NCBI GenBank assembly: GCA_050949505.1
Contig: JBMNFV010000001.1
Span: 30,284 to 94,283, forward strand
Length of the DNA: 64,000 bases
Source: Patescibacteria group bacterium
GTDB lineage: Bacteria > Patescibacteriota > Patescibacteriia > Patescibacteriales > UBA12465
Direction: 5' to 3'
Below are positions 28,539 to 35,913 of this stretch, in pieces. Numbering within the stretch: the first letter of the stretch is position 1; every line of letters starts with the position of its first letter. The position numbers and the translations under genes are program-made. The notes under the pieces are model-generated. The model saw nothing but the letters and a program-made list of their open reading frames with translations. It was not told where the DNA came from and made no database searches.

Positions 28539-28577
28539 ATTTAGACTATTGATAAGAGAGACTGTTCTTTAACAAGC

Positions 28578-28636
28578 GTTAATTTAATAACTAAAGTGAG
28601 TAAGCTTCCTTTGCCCATTCTAGTTATTAAATTAAC
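28578..28636 (+). promoter_or_regulatory. perfect 16-bp inverted repeat (long hairpin) in 5' leader of lipoprotein gene
   Basis: GTTAATTTAATAACTA (28578..28593), a 27-nt loop, then TAGTTATTAAATTAAC (28621..28636). The two arms are exact reverse complements. Confidence 0.6.
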
Positions 28637-28703
28637 AATAATATAAACCAAAAATGGAGATTCTTAGCGAGACCGGTAACGGGGTAAGCTAAGGATAGAA
28701 AAA

Positions 28704-29222
28704 ATGAAAAAGAATATTAGATTAAAGACTATAGCGATCTTAACCATAATTCTGGTTATCATCGCTAGCCTCAGCTCCTGCGCTACCAGCAAGAGCTATG
28801 CCGAATTTAGCAGATTAAATAATCTGCAAAGGCATAGAATTGAAAATTACCAGCGCGCCAAGCGCGTGGTAAGAGTAGAAAGCGCCGCTCAAACCTACAC
28901 CGACCTAGACATCGCTAGGTTAAAGGCTCAACCAGTTAAGGCTGACCCGGTAAAAGGTTTTGAGGGGAAAATTGCCAACCTAACCCGTTGGCAGAATGTT
29001 CAGTTCATTATCTCGCGGGTGGGAGCTGACCGGGTTATTTTGTCCGAATACTTAGCCCCTGGACAACAGGTGACTAGAAACTTGCTCCCCGGAACCTATA
29101 CGGTGATCATGAAAATAAATGGCCAGATCAAGGATCGAGCCATATTTACCGTGAATAGTGAGATAAAACACCTATTCGGAGAGCCGTACCATTGGTATGT
29201 GCTCCGTGATAGGGAGTACTAA
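28704..29222 (+). CDS. hypothetical lipoprotein
   Basis: Signal peptide with lipobox LSSC|A (..IIASLSSCATSK). No recognisable domain. Confidence 0.7.
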   Translation: MKKNIRLKTIAILTIILVIIASLSSCATSKSYAEFSRLNNLQRHRIENYQRAKRVVRVESAAQTYTDLDIARLKAQPVKADPVKGFEGKIANLTRWQNVQFIISRVGADRVILSEYLAPGQQVTRNLLPGTYTVIMKINGQIKDRAIFTVNSEIKHLFGEPYHWYVLRDREY

Positions 29223-29226
29223 TATT

Positions 29227-29263
29227 AAAAAAAGCGATCATCAGATCGCTTTTCTTTTTTTTA
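29227..29263. terminator. bidirectional rho-independent terminator
   Basis: aaaaaaaGCGATCatcaGATCGCttttctttttttt, between the convergent genes 28704..29222 and 29306..29728. Confidence 0.75.
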
Positions 29264-29305
29264 TTAAACTAATAAACCACTAATTCAAATATTAATTATC
29301 CTCAT

Positions 29306-29728
29306 TTACCCACTAGTCGTGAGCCCGCTGTTATTTGATGGGATATCTGATGGACTACCACTAAAAGGTAATCTGACCATAACAAAGTAGGTGATTGCAT
29401 AAGCAGCTAATACCACTATCAAGCCAATAATCGCATTTTTAATAGCGGTCTGAGACTTACTAACCTGCTCAGTATTACCACCAGCCATCATCCATTTAAA
29501 GCCTTCCATTACCATAATCACTAAAAAGATTACAGCTAGCAAAGATAAAACTGCTCCTACTATTGTTGCCACTATATTACCAATCTCCATTTTTTGATTA
29601 AAGCCTGCCACCCGGCCAACCTGATCAGTAATATCTGTTATTGGTGGATTCTGCGCTAAAGCTAAACCCGCGCCTCCTATTAAGGTAATTATTCCCAACG
29701 TGATAAATAAAATAATATTTTTTTTCAT
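29306..29728 (-). CDS. VirB2/TrbC-like pilin-module protein, paralog 1 (140 aa, Ser/Thr-rich tail)
   Basis: Signal peptide (..GLALA|QN), TM1, GFKWMMAGGNTEQVSKSQT loop, TM2, tail SGSPSDIPSNNSGLTTSG. Confidence 0.75.
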   Translation of the reverse strand: MKKNIILFITLGIITLIGGAGLALAQNPPITDITDQVGRVAGFNQKMEIGNIVATIVGAVLSLLAVIFLVIMVMEGFKWMMAGGNTEQVSKSQTAIKNAIIGLIVVLAAYAITYFVMVRLPFSGSPSDIPSNNSGLTTSG

Positions 29729-29732
29729 ATCA

Positions 29733-30125
29733 TTAGCCTATAATTCTCATTATAAATTTACTTAACAAGAACTGCCAAATAGCCCAAGAGGAGAGAGTGA
29801 TCACTAAACCGATAATGGCTGTTTTAACCATATCCTGAGCCTTCCCCACTTCCTTCTCATTGCCACTAGCCGTCATCCACCTAAAGCCCGCATAAACCAT
29901 TAAGATGATAAAGATTGTACCCAGTAGAGATAGAATTGAATTTATAATTATCCCAATTAAGGTAGGTAAATCTGTTCCGCTTCCGTAAGAGTCTGAGGCC
30001 ACTTGATTAAGTCTTTCTAGAGCACCTGTTTGAGCTAAGCTGGGCTTAGTAAAAATAAAGTAAGGGGAGATTAATGTTAAGGACATTAAAACTAATGATA
30101 AAACACTTTTTAACTGCTTGTTCAT
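29733..30125 (-). CDS. VirB2/TrbC-like pilin-module protein, paralog 2 (130 aa)
   Basis: Signal peptide (..PSLA|QT), TM1, GFRWMTASGNEKEVGKAQD loop, TM2. Confidence 0.75.
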   Translation of the reverse strand: MNKQLKSVLSLVLMSLTLISPYFIFTKPSLAQTGALERLNQVASDSYGSGTDLPTLIGIIINSILSLLGTIFIILMVYAGFRWMTASGNEKEVGKAQDMVKTAIIGLVITLSSWAIWQFLLSKFIMRIIG

Positions 30126-30139
30126 AAAATTAAAATTTC

Positions 30140-30550
30140 TTATTGTATTAATTCTCTACTGACCAATATCCCAATAATAAACTGACTGATCGCATAGGCA
30201 CCAATTACTATCACTAAGCCTATTACTGATTCAAAAATAATCTTTTTTGCCTTACTAACCTTTTCTTCATTGCCCGCCGCTGTTAACCACAAACTACCAG
30301 CGTAAACCATAAAGGAAACAAAAATCGTCCCTAAGACTAAAAAAATTAAGCTCAGAATCAGTCTAATATAACCCTCCACTCCCAGCTCTACCAAGCCCTT
30401 ATCTTGAGCTACTGTTTTTGCATTCTCAAAAGCTCTATTTATTCCCCATTCTGACCCTTCACCATTCGCTAGGGCTAACTGACTGCTGCCAATAAATATA
30501 AACATTGCTAGGGTAATAAAAATACTTATTTTTTTCACAAACTGAGCCAT
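30140..30550 (-). CDS. VirB2/TrbC-like pilin-module protein, paralog 3 (136 aa)
   Basis: Signal peptide (..QLALA|NG), TM1, GSLWLTAAGNEEKVSKAKK loop, TM2. Confidence 0.75.
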   Translation of the reverse strand: MAQFVKKISIFITLAMFIFIGSSQLALANGEGSEWGINRAFENAKTVAQDKGLVELGVEGYIRLILSLIFLVLGTIFVSFMVYAGSLWLTAAGNEEKVSKAKKIIFESVIGLVIVIGAYAISQFIIGILVSRELIQ

Positions 30551-30614
30551 GTTATTGAATTGCTAAAATTATTTTAATAAACTTACCGAGAACAATTTCT
30601 TTATAATCCCCCCC

Positions 30615-31145
30615 CTATTCAGAATTATCTCTTTCATACGGTCTCTCTTGACTTGCTCTGTCTGCATCCATTGATTTAATAAAATCGTTATCAATATTAC
30701 TATATTTTTGAAAATCTTCAGTAGAGGCAAGAGACGATGACGGATTTAAGCGATTAATAATAAAGAGAGTCAAGGCATAGGCAGCCACTATAATAATTAA
30801 TCCGACTGTAGCTGTTTCTATTATCCCCTTAGCCTTACCAGACTTTGTGTCATCGCCCTGAGCCGTCATCCAAATAATCCCTCCATATATAACAAAGGCA
30901 AAGAAAATCACCCCCACAAAACTAAGAATAGTTTTCACTAGTCGCCCTATTATATCCTCTGGCTGAACTTGACTGTTTTTCTTGTAGCCAGCTTGATCGC
31001 CCGTAATGCCTAGCCCGCTACTGTCCCTAAAGCTATACCCTCCTTCTTCTACTTGAGCTAAGGCTAAATTAGGAGTAATTAATAACCAAGCTAAGCCTAA
31101 AATTATTAATATCTGACTAAATTTTCTTAGACTAACTAGCTTCAT
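30615..31145 (-). CDS. VirB2/TrbC-like pilin-module protein, paralog 4 (176 aa, extended acidic tail)
   Basis: Signal peptide (..NLALA|QV), TM1, GIIWMTAQGDDTKSGKAKG loop, TM2, and a 45-aa C-terminal tail (NPSSSLASTEDF...). Confidence 0.75.
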   Translation of the reverse strand: MKLVSLRKFSQILIILGLAWLLITPNLALAQVEEGGYSFRDSSGLGITGDQAGYKKNSQVQPEDIIGRLVKTILSFVGVIFFAFVIYGGIIWMTAQGDDTKSGKAKGIIETATVGLIIIVAAYALTLFIINRLNPSSSLASTEDFQKYSNIDNDFIKSMDADRASQERPYERDNSE

Positions 31146-31152
31146 ATTTTAA

Positions 31153-31560
31153 TTATTTCACTAACTCATTGCTAACAAATTCTCCCACAAAGGTTGTTAG
31201 GGCGTAAGCAGCAAAAACAATAATCAATCCTATTACTGCATTAATTAATAGGTCTTTAGCCTTAGTAACTTGGGCTTCTGCCCCTTGAGCAGTCATCCAC
31301 ATTAGACCAGCATAAATCACTAAGCCAAGAAACAAAATGCCAACAAAAGATAGAGCGAAGCCAATAATTTGTCCCGCCCGAGATTGAATAAATGTTTGGG
31401 GGTTGATAGGATCTCCTCCCTTAAAGGCGTCAATTTGGCCCACTGTCTCATCCAGTCCATAATTACCACTAGTCTCTTGAGCATAAACTAAGCCGGTTCC
31501 CAATAAAAGCCCTCCTAGCATCACTCCAGCTAACAAAAATATTCCTATTTTTTTAAACAT
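31153..31560 (-). CDS. VirB2/TrbC-like pilin-module protein, paralog 5 (135 aa)
   Basis: Signal peptide (..GLVYA|QE), TM1, GLMWMTAQGAEAQVTKAKD loop, TM2. Confidence 0.75.
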   Translation of the reverse strand: MFKKIGIFLLAGVMLGGLLLGTGLVYAQETSGNYGLDETVGQIDAFKGGDPINPQTFIQSRAGQIIGFALSFVGILFLGLVIYAGLMWMTAQGAEAQVTKAKDLLINAVIGLIIVFAAYALTTFVGEFVSNELVK

Positions 31561-31580
31561 AAAATAATATTAATTACTGA

Positions 31581-31610
31581 TCTGAGCTCAAGAAAAATCT
31601 TAAGCTCAGA
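31581..31610 (-). promoter_or_regulatory. intercistronic stem-loop between pilin paralog 6 and paralog 5
   Basis: Minus-strand RNA reads UCUGAGCUUAAG-auuuuu-CUUGAGCUCAGA: a 12-bp stem in which the only non-Watson-Crick pair is G.U on this strand (C/A on the other). No U-tract follows. Confidence 0.5.
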
Positions 31611-31662
31611 ACAGCAACTCCCATAAAGCATGAGAATCGCTTTATATTTAACTATTTTGTTT

Positions 31663-32070
31663 TTAATTCTTAACCACCCCTGCTATCGTATCAATTAACC
31701 AAGTGGTCAGTCCCCAGGCTACTAAAATAATAATTAAGCCCATTACTCCGGCTGATAATATCTTCTTAGCGTCATCAATCTTGTCATCATTACCCGCCGC
31801 GGTCATCCACTTAAAGCCTCCGAACAAGACAATTACTACTGCAATAATAGCAAGAAAGCCTAAAGCTGTTTTAATTAAGTCAGCAGCTAACACTCTAGGG
31901 TCTTTGTTTGCTGATCCTAAGGTATCTCCTAGAGCACTTTCAAAGTCGCTAGTAACGCCATACTCTTCTAAGTCTACGGTTTGCGCCTGCGCCACTGGAG
32001 TAGTGAACATTGGGAGAACTAAAAAAGACAAAACCGCAAAGGATAGTATATATTTTGAAATTTTCTTCAT
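31663..32070 (-). CDS. VirB2/TrbC-like pilin-module protein, paralog 6 (135 aa; closest to modules of the giant proteins; candidate major subunit)
   Basis: Signal peptide (..PVAQA|QT). EEYGVTSDFESALGDTLGSANKDPRVLAADLIKTALGFLAIIAVVIVLFGGFKWMTAAGNDDKIDDAKKIL.. shares the G(V/I)..LG..G..DPR..ALGFL block with 3919..8313 and 8332..11067. It has the strongest SD in the array (GAAGGGGGGTGAAAT-ATG). Confidence 0.8.
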   Translation of the reverse strand: MKKISKYILSFAVLSFLVLPMFTTPVAQAQTVDLEEYGVTSDFESALGDTLGSANKDPRVLAADLIKTALGFLAIIAVVIVLFGGFKWMTAAGNDDKIDDAKKILSAGVMGLIIILVAWGLTTWLIDTIAGVVKN

Positions 32071-32192
32071 ATTTCACCCCCCTTCTTGTTAGTCAATATT
32101 ACTTATTGATGTTAATAATTTTATCATAATTACTAAAATAAGACAAACCAAATTAGCTGTGATAAACTAAAAATAGCTTAGTTAATAATTTT

Positions 32193-33794
32193 ATGAAAAA
32201 TTATTCTTTCTCTAAAAAAATTGTGCTGACTTTTTGGACTTTATTTTATATCCTTATTTTTAGTTTATTGTTAAATAATTCCTTCTCTTATCTAGACCCT
32301 GACCTGGGCTGGCATCTACGGGCTGGTGAGGACATCGCTATCACTAAGTCTGTTAATCCTCAGAACTTCTATAACCACTCCTACACTGGCGATTGGGTTA
32401 ATCATGAATGGCTGGGGGACTATTTGAGCTTCTTTATCTTTAAACAGTTGGGCTATTTTTGGCTTAATATATTCTTTGTCTTATTAATCTTAGTCTCTCT
32501 GCTTAGCCTAACTATTATCACTTACCGGCGCCTAGGTTCTCGAGCTCTGATACCCTTAGCCATTTTACAACTACTCGGGGTCTTAGCCTCCCTGCCTCAT
32601 TTAGGAGTTAGACTGCAGGAATTTAGCTGGCTACTATTAATTTTAGAATTAGGCATAGTCTCTCATTGGCTAAAAACTCGTCAAACCAAACTGCTACTTC
32701 TCCTGCCTCCTCTCTTTTTGCTCTGGGCTAATTTACATGGCAGCTTTTTGTTCGGTCTAGCCATACTTGGCCTATTAGTTGTTATTGCTATCCTAGAGAA
32801 AATAGTTTACCGACTACGAGCTGTTAATAGTATTATAAAGCCAATTAAGCTATCTAATCAGTCTCTACTTAGCTTTAGCGCCTGCTTTTTATTAAGTGGC
32901 TTAGCTACGCTAATTAACCCTTACAACCTTAAGCTCTATTCTTTTTTAACTGGCTACCGAAACACTGCCTATCTAAATCTAATTCAAGAATGGTTGCCTC
33001 CTTACGTTTTTCCCATAGAGTACTTTAGGTTTATTTACCTAGGAATTCTAATTTTTGCTCTAATTAGTTATTTTAAAAAAGCTCGGCAAGCGCAACTCTC
33101 TTTATTAAATTCTTGGCAAGTAGTCTTGATAATTATCTCTCTAGGACTGTTCTTTATGGCTCGGCGCTTTTTCCCTCTAGTTTTTATAATAACCTTGCTA
33201 CCGCTTCTAGAGATACTAGTCCAGACTATCAGCACAAAACTTATTTCTCTTTTCCAGTTAAATAAACTTACCATCAGTCTTTCTTTAGTGGTCCTTGGTC
33301 TAAGTGCCAGTAGTCTGCTGTTATCTGCCCAGTATACCAATGATCCTTTCTTTAGCTATTGTGATAAATATCCCTGCCAGGCTATCACTTGGCTAAAGGA
33401 CCAGTCCTCATTAGATAACTACCAACTATTTAATAGCTATGGTTGGGGTGGCTATTTAGCCTGGACCTTGCCCGAATTAAAAACCTTTATTGATGGGCGT
33501 CTCCCCCAGTTAGTGATTAATGATCATACTTTTATTGAAGAGTATTTTAGCTTTTTTAATGAAGAGGAAAATTTAGAAAAAAAATTAGCCGACTATCATA
33601 TCAATTTGGTACTTATTTCTCAAAACGAATTTTCCCTTAATTTAAAGAAATGGGAACAGCTAGTTTTTTCTCCGTTTAAAAAATTGACTCCCCGTCCTAA
33701 TCATTTGTTAAACTATCTAACCGCTAGTCCTAACTGGCAATTAATTTACACCGACTCCAGCGCTCTAGTCTTTTCTCTAGAGTCTCAAGACTAA
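32193..33794 (+). CDS. polytopic membrane protein with C-terminal soluble domain (possible GT-C-type glycosyltransferase)
   Basis: More than 10 predicted TM helices. The first external loop carries an acidic motif, YLDPDLGWHLRAGED. A roughly 140-aa hydrophilic C-terminus follows. The function call is tentative. Confidence 0.4.
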   Translation: MKNYSFSKKIVLTFWTLFYILIFSLLLNNSFSYLDPDLGWHLRAGEDIAITKSVNPQNFYNHSYTGDWVNHEWLGDYLSFFIFKQLGYFWLNIFFVLLILVSLLSLTIITYRRLGSRALIPLAILQLLGVLASLPHLGVRLQEFSWLLLILELGIVSHWLKTRQTKLLLLLPPLFLLWANLHGSFLFGLAILGLLVVIAILEKIVYRLRAVNSIIKPIKLSNQSLLSFSACFLLSGLATLINPYNLKLYSFLTGYRNTAYLNLIQEWLPPYVFPIEYFRFIYLGILIFALISYFKKARQAQLSLLNSWQVVLIIISLGLFFMARRFFPLVFIITLLPLLEILVQTISTKLISLFQLNKLTISLSLVVLGLSASSLLLSAQYTNDPFFSYCDKYPCQAITWLKDQSSLDNYQLFNSYGWGGYLAWTLPELKTFIDGRLPQLVINDHTFIEEYFSFFNEEENLEKKLADYHINLVLISQNEFSLNLKKWEQLVFSPFKKLTPRPNHLLNYLTASPNWQLIYTDSSALVFSLESQD

Positions 33795-33817
33795 ATAGAG
33801 TTTTGTTTGACTGGAAA

Positions 33818-33850
33818 TAAAAAAGCCCTAATTAATCTAGGGCTTTTTAG
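33818..33850. terminator. bidirectional rho-independent terminator
   Basis: aaaaAAAGCCCTAattaatcTAGGGCTTTttag, between the convergent genes 32193..33794 and 33871..34254. Confidence 0.7.
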
Positions 33851-33870
33851 CTAACTAATAATCACTTTTC

Positions 33871-34254
33871 TTAAGGAAGATATTTCTCAAACTCTGCCGC
33901 CTTGCTCCCCTCTCCTCGTGAGGCATTAATTTTTCTAAAAAACTTAACAATAAACACTGCCCAAACTATCATAACTATTCCCCAGATAAGTAGCCAAAAT
34001 CTAGCTGAGAAAAAGGGAATCGTCTCATAGTTAAGGAAGAATAAAATTAGCCCAATAATTAGATTTCCCACTGAGAAGTCTGAGATGCGCCTAAACAGTC
34101 CTCGGTAACTCCCTAGCTTTTTATTGGCCACCAATATTCCAACAATGGTCAGAACAAAGACTGCCAAAAGTATGATAAACAGGGTTTGACCTACTGAACT
34201 TAAGGGCTGGGGGCGAAGGTTAAACCAATAATTTAAACTAAATAAGTGTTGCAT
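33871..34254 (-). CDS. hypothetical integral membrane protein (127 aa)
   Basis: Three or four hydrophobic helices; no recognisable motif. Confidence 0.5.
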   Translation of the reverse strand: MQHLFSLNYWFNLRPQPLSSVGQTLFIILLAVFVLTIVGILVANKKLGSYRGLFRRISDFSVGNLIIGLILFFLNYETIPFFSARFWLLIWGIVMIVWAVFIVKFFRKINASRGEGSKAAEFEKYLP

Positions 34255-34264
34255 ATTTTTTATT

Positions 34265-34816
34265 CTATAACTTAATTAATATCACTCCATAATGATAAGG
34301 GCTAGCAATAAACTCAGACTGAATTGCTAGACCTAATTTAATCGCAGTGGCCTTTAAAGATTCTCGCCTTATTCGGCTAGCGGTATCTGGTCCTAACGGG
34401 GTATCCGCATCACTCCATTCAATAACTGCTAATCGCCCCCCATTTTTAAGCAAGCGACTAGCCTCTCTTAAGATACTAGCTTTTTGCTTTGACTGATGAA
34501 GAACATTAACCAGCAGGGCCGCCTCCAAACTACTAGACTCTATAGGAGTAGCTTTAAAAATTTCTAAATCACTCCAAATTGGCTTGACCTGAGGGAAATT
34601 ATCACGCCGCGCTCGTCGCTTAATCTCATCTAGACTACCCTTTAAAACATCCACAGCATAAACCAGACCTCGTCGCCCCACTAGTTTAGCTAAGGGCCAA
34701 ACAAAGAAGCCAAAATTACCACAACCCAAATCAGCCACTTTATCGCCCTCCGATAATTCTAAGCGATCAATGATTCTGTCAATATTAAATGAGCCTGTTT
34801 GCTTGGTAGTTAACAT
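34265..34816 (-). CDS. class I SAM-dependent methyltransferase
   Basis: Motif I VADLGCGNFGFF; an acidic residue after beta-2 (YAVDV); about 183 aa. Confidence 0.75.
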   Translation of the reverse strand: MLTTKQTGSFNIDRIIDRLELSEGDKVADLGCGNFGFFVWPLAKLVGRRGLVYAVDVLKGSLDEIKRRARRDNFPQVKPIWSDLEIFKATPIESSSLEAALLVNVLHQSKQKASILREASRLLKNGGRLAVIEWSDADTPLGPDTASRIRRESLKATAIKLGLAIQSEFIASPYHYGVILIKL

Positions 34817-34820
34817 ATTT

Positions 34821-35474
34821 TTATTCTACTAAAATTTGTCGATTAAGGACTTGTTCTCGGCTATATTTCTTCTTGGCTTTAATGGTAATATTATTAAGTC
34901 CCTTTTTTAAATTTATTTCTTTTTCAAAATAACCATCATGGTCACTTAGTATTAATTCTCCATTTATTCGCAACTCGGCCTCTCCAGCCACAATTCCTGA
35001 AACTGTTAATTGATTAGTGGTAAGTGATAAATTGGTTTCTGGGTAAATCAACTCTAATTTAGGAGGCATCACTAGGTTTCTGAAATAAAACATTAGATAC
35101 AAACCGCAAATAACTAGCGCCAGAATTATTAATAAGGTTTTAACTAACTTAGGGAAGCGGATAAACTGCCTGCGGGGAATAATTTTTTTAGAAAAAGGAT
35201 CTACTTCGCCAACCCCTAACTCTTGGTCCCAGGTAGCTAGCACTGATTCTGCTTCTAAGCCTAAAAATCTAGCATATCTTTCAATAAAGCTCTTGCTGTA
35301 CAGACCTTCAGGAATTAAATCTAAACGATCTGCTTCTATGGCTTCTAAGTATTCCGGATTTATTTTTAATCGCTTGGCTATCTCTCTTAAATCTAGTCCT
35401 TGGGCCTGTCGTTGTTCTTTTAACAGCTTACTACCACTAGCGCTCTTAATACTTTTAGAAACAAACTGAGACAT
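34821..35474 (-). CDS. RodZ-like HTH membrane protein
   Basis: N-terminal HTH (LKEQRQAQGLDLREIAKRLKINPEYLEAIE..SFIERYARFLGL), a single TM, and an extracytoplasmic beta-rich C-terminus. Confidence 0.65.
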   Translation of the reverse strand: MSQFVSKSIKSASGSKLLKEQRQAQGLDLREIAKRLKINPEYLEAIEADRLDLIPEGLYSKSFIERYARFLGLEAESVLATWDQELGVGEVDPFSKKIIPRRQFIRFPKLVKTLLIILALVICGLYLMFYFRNLVMPPKLELIYPETNLSLTTNQLTVSGIVAGEAELRINGELILSDHDGYFEKEINLKKGLNNITIKAKKKYSREQVLNRQILVE

Positions 35475-35496
35475 GTTTAAAGATTAAGTTTTTTTC

Positions 35497-35907
35497 TTAA
35501 TTAGCTACCTGAAGGACCGCTCCCTCCCAGGTGAGTCCCAGGGCTCCCGACACAAACCTAACAATCAAATAGCTGGAAAATACCAAAACCAAGCCAACTA
35601 CGGCGGCAATAATTACCTTTTTTGCACTACTAACCTTTTCTGGATTACCGGCTGAAATCAAGAAAGTGAAGCCCCCATACATAAACATGACTAAGGTCAA
35701 TGAACCTACTATTCCCAAGATCCAATTAGAGGCAATAACCACTAATTCTAATAAGTCATTCACTTCATAATTGCCAGTTTTATATTTCTCGTCACTAGGA
35801 TCCACTAAAGAATTTTGAGCTAAAACTGGAGCGCTCATCGCCCCGCCTATTATTAGAATGGTTAAAAAACTTAATAATAGACTGCTTAGTATTTTTTTCT
35901 TTTTCAT
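35497..35907 (-). CDS. VirB2/TrbC-like pilin-module protein, paralog 7 (136 aa, most divergent loop)
   Basis: Signal peptide (..APVLA|QN), TM1, GFTFLISAGNPEKVSSAKK loop, TM2. Confidence 0.7.
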   Translation of the reverse strand: MKKKKILSSLLLSFLTILIIGGAMSAPVLAQNSLVDPSDEKYKTGNYEVNDLLELVVIASNWILGIVGSLTLVMFMYGGFTFLISAGNPEKVSSAKKVIIAAVVGLVLVFSSYLIVRFVSGALGLTWEGAVLQVAN

Positions 35908-35913
35908 ATAATA

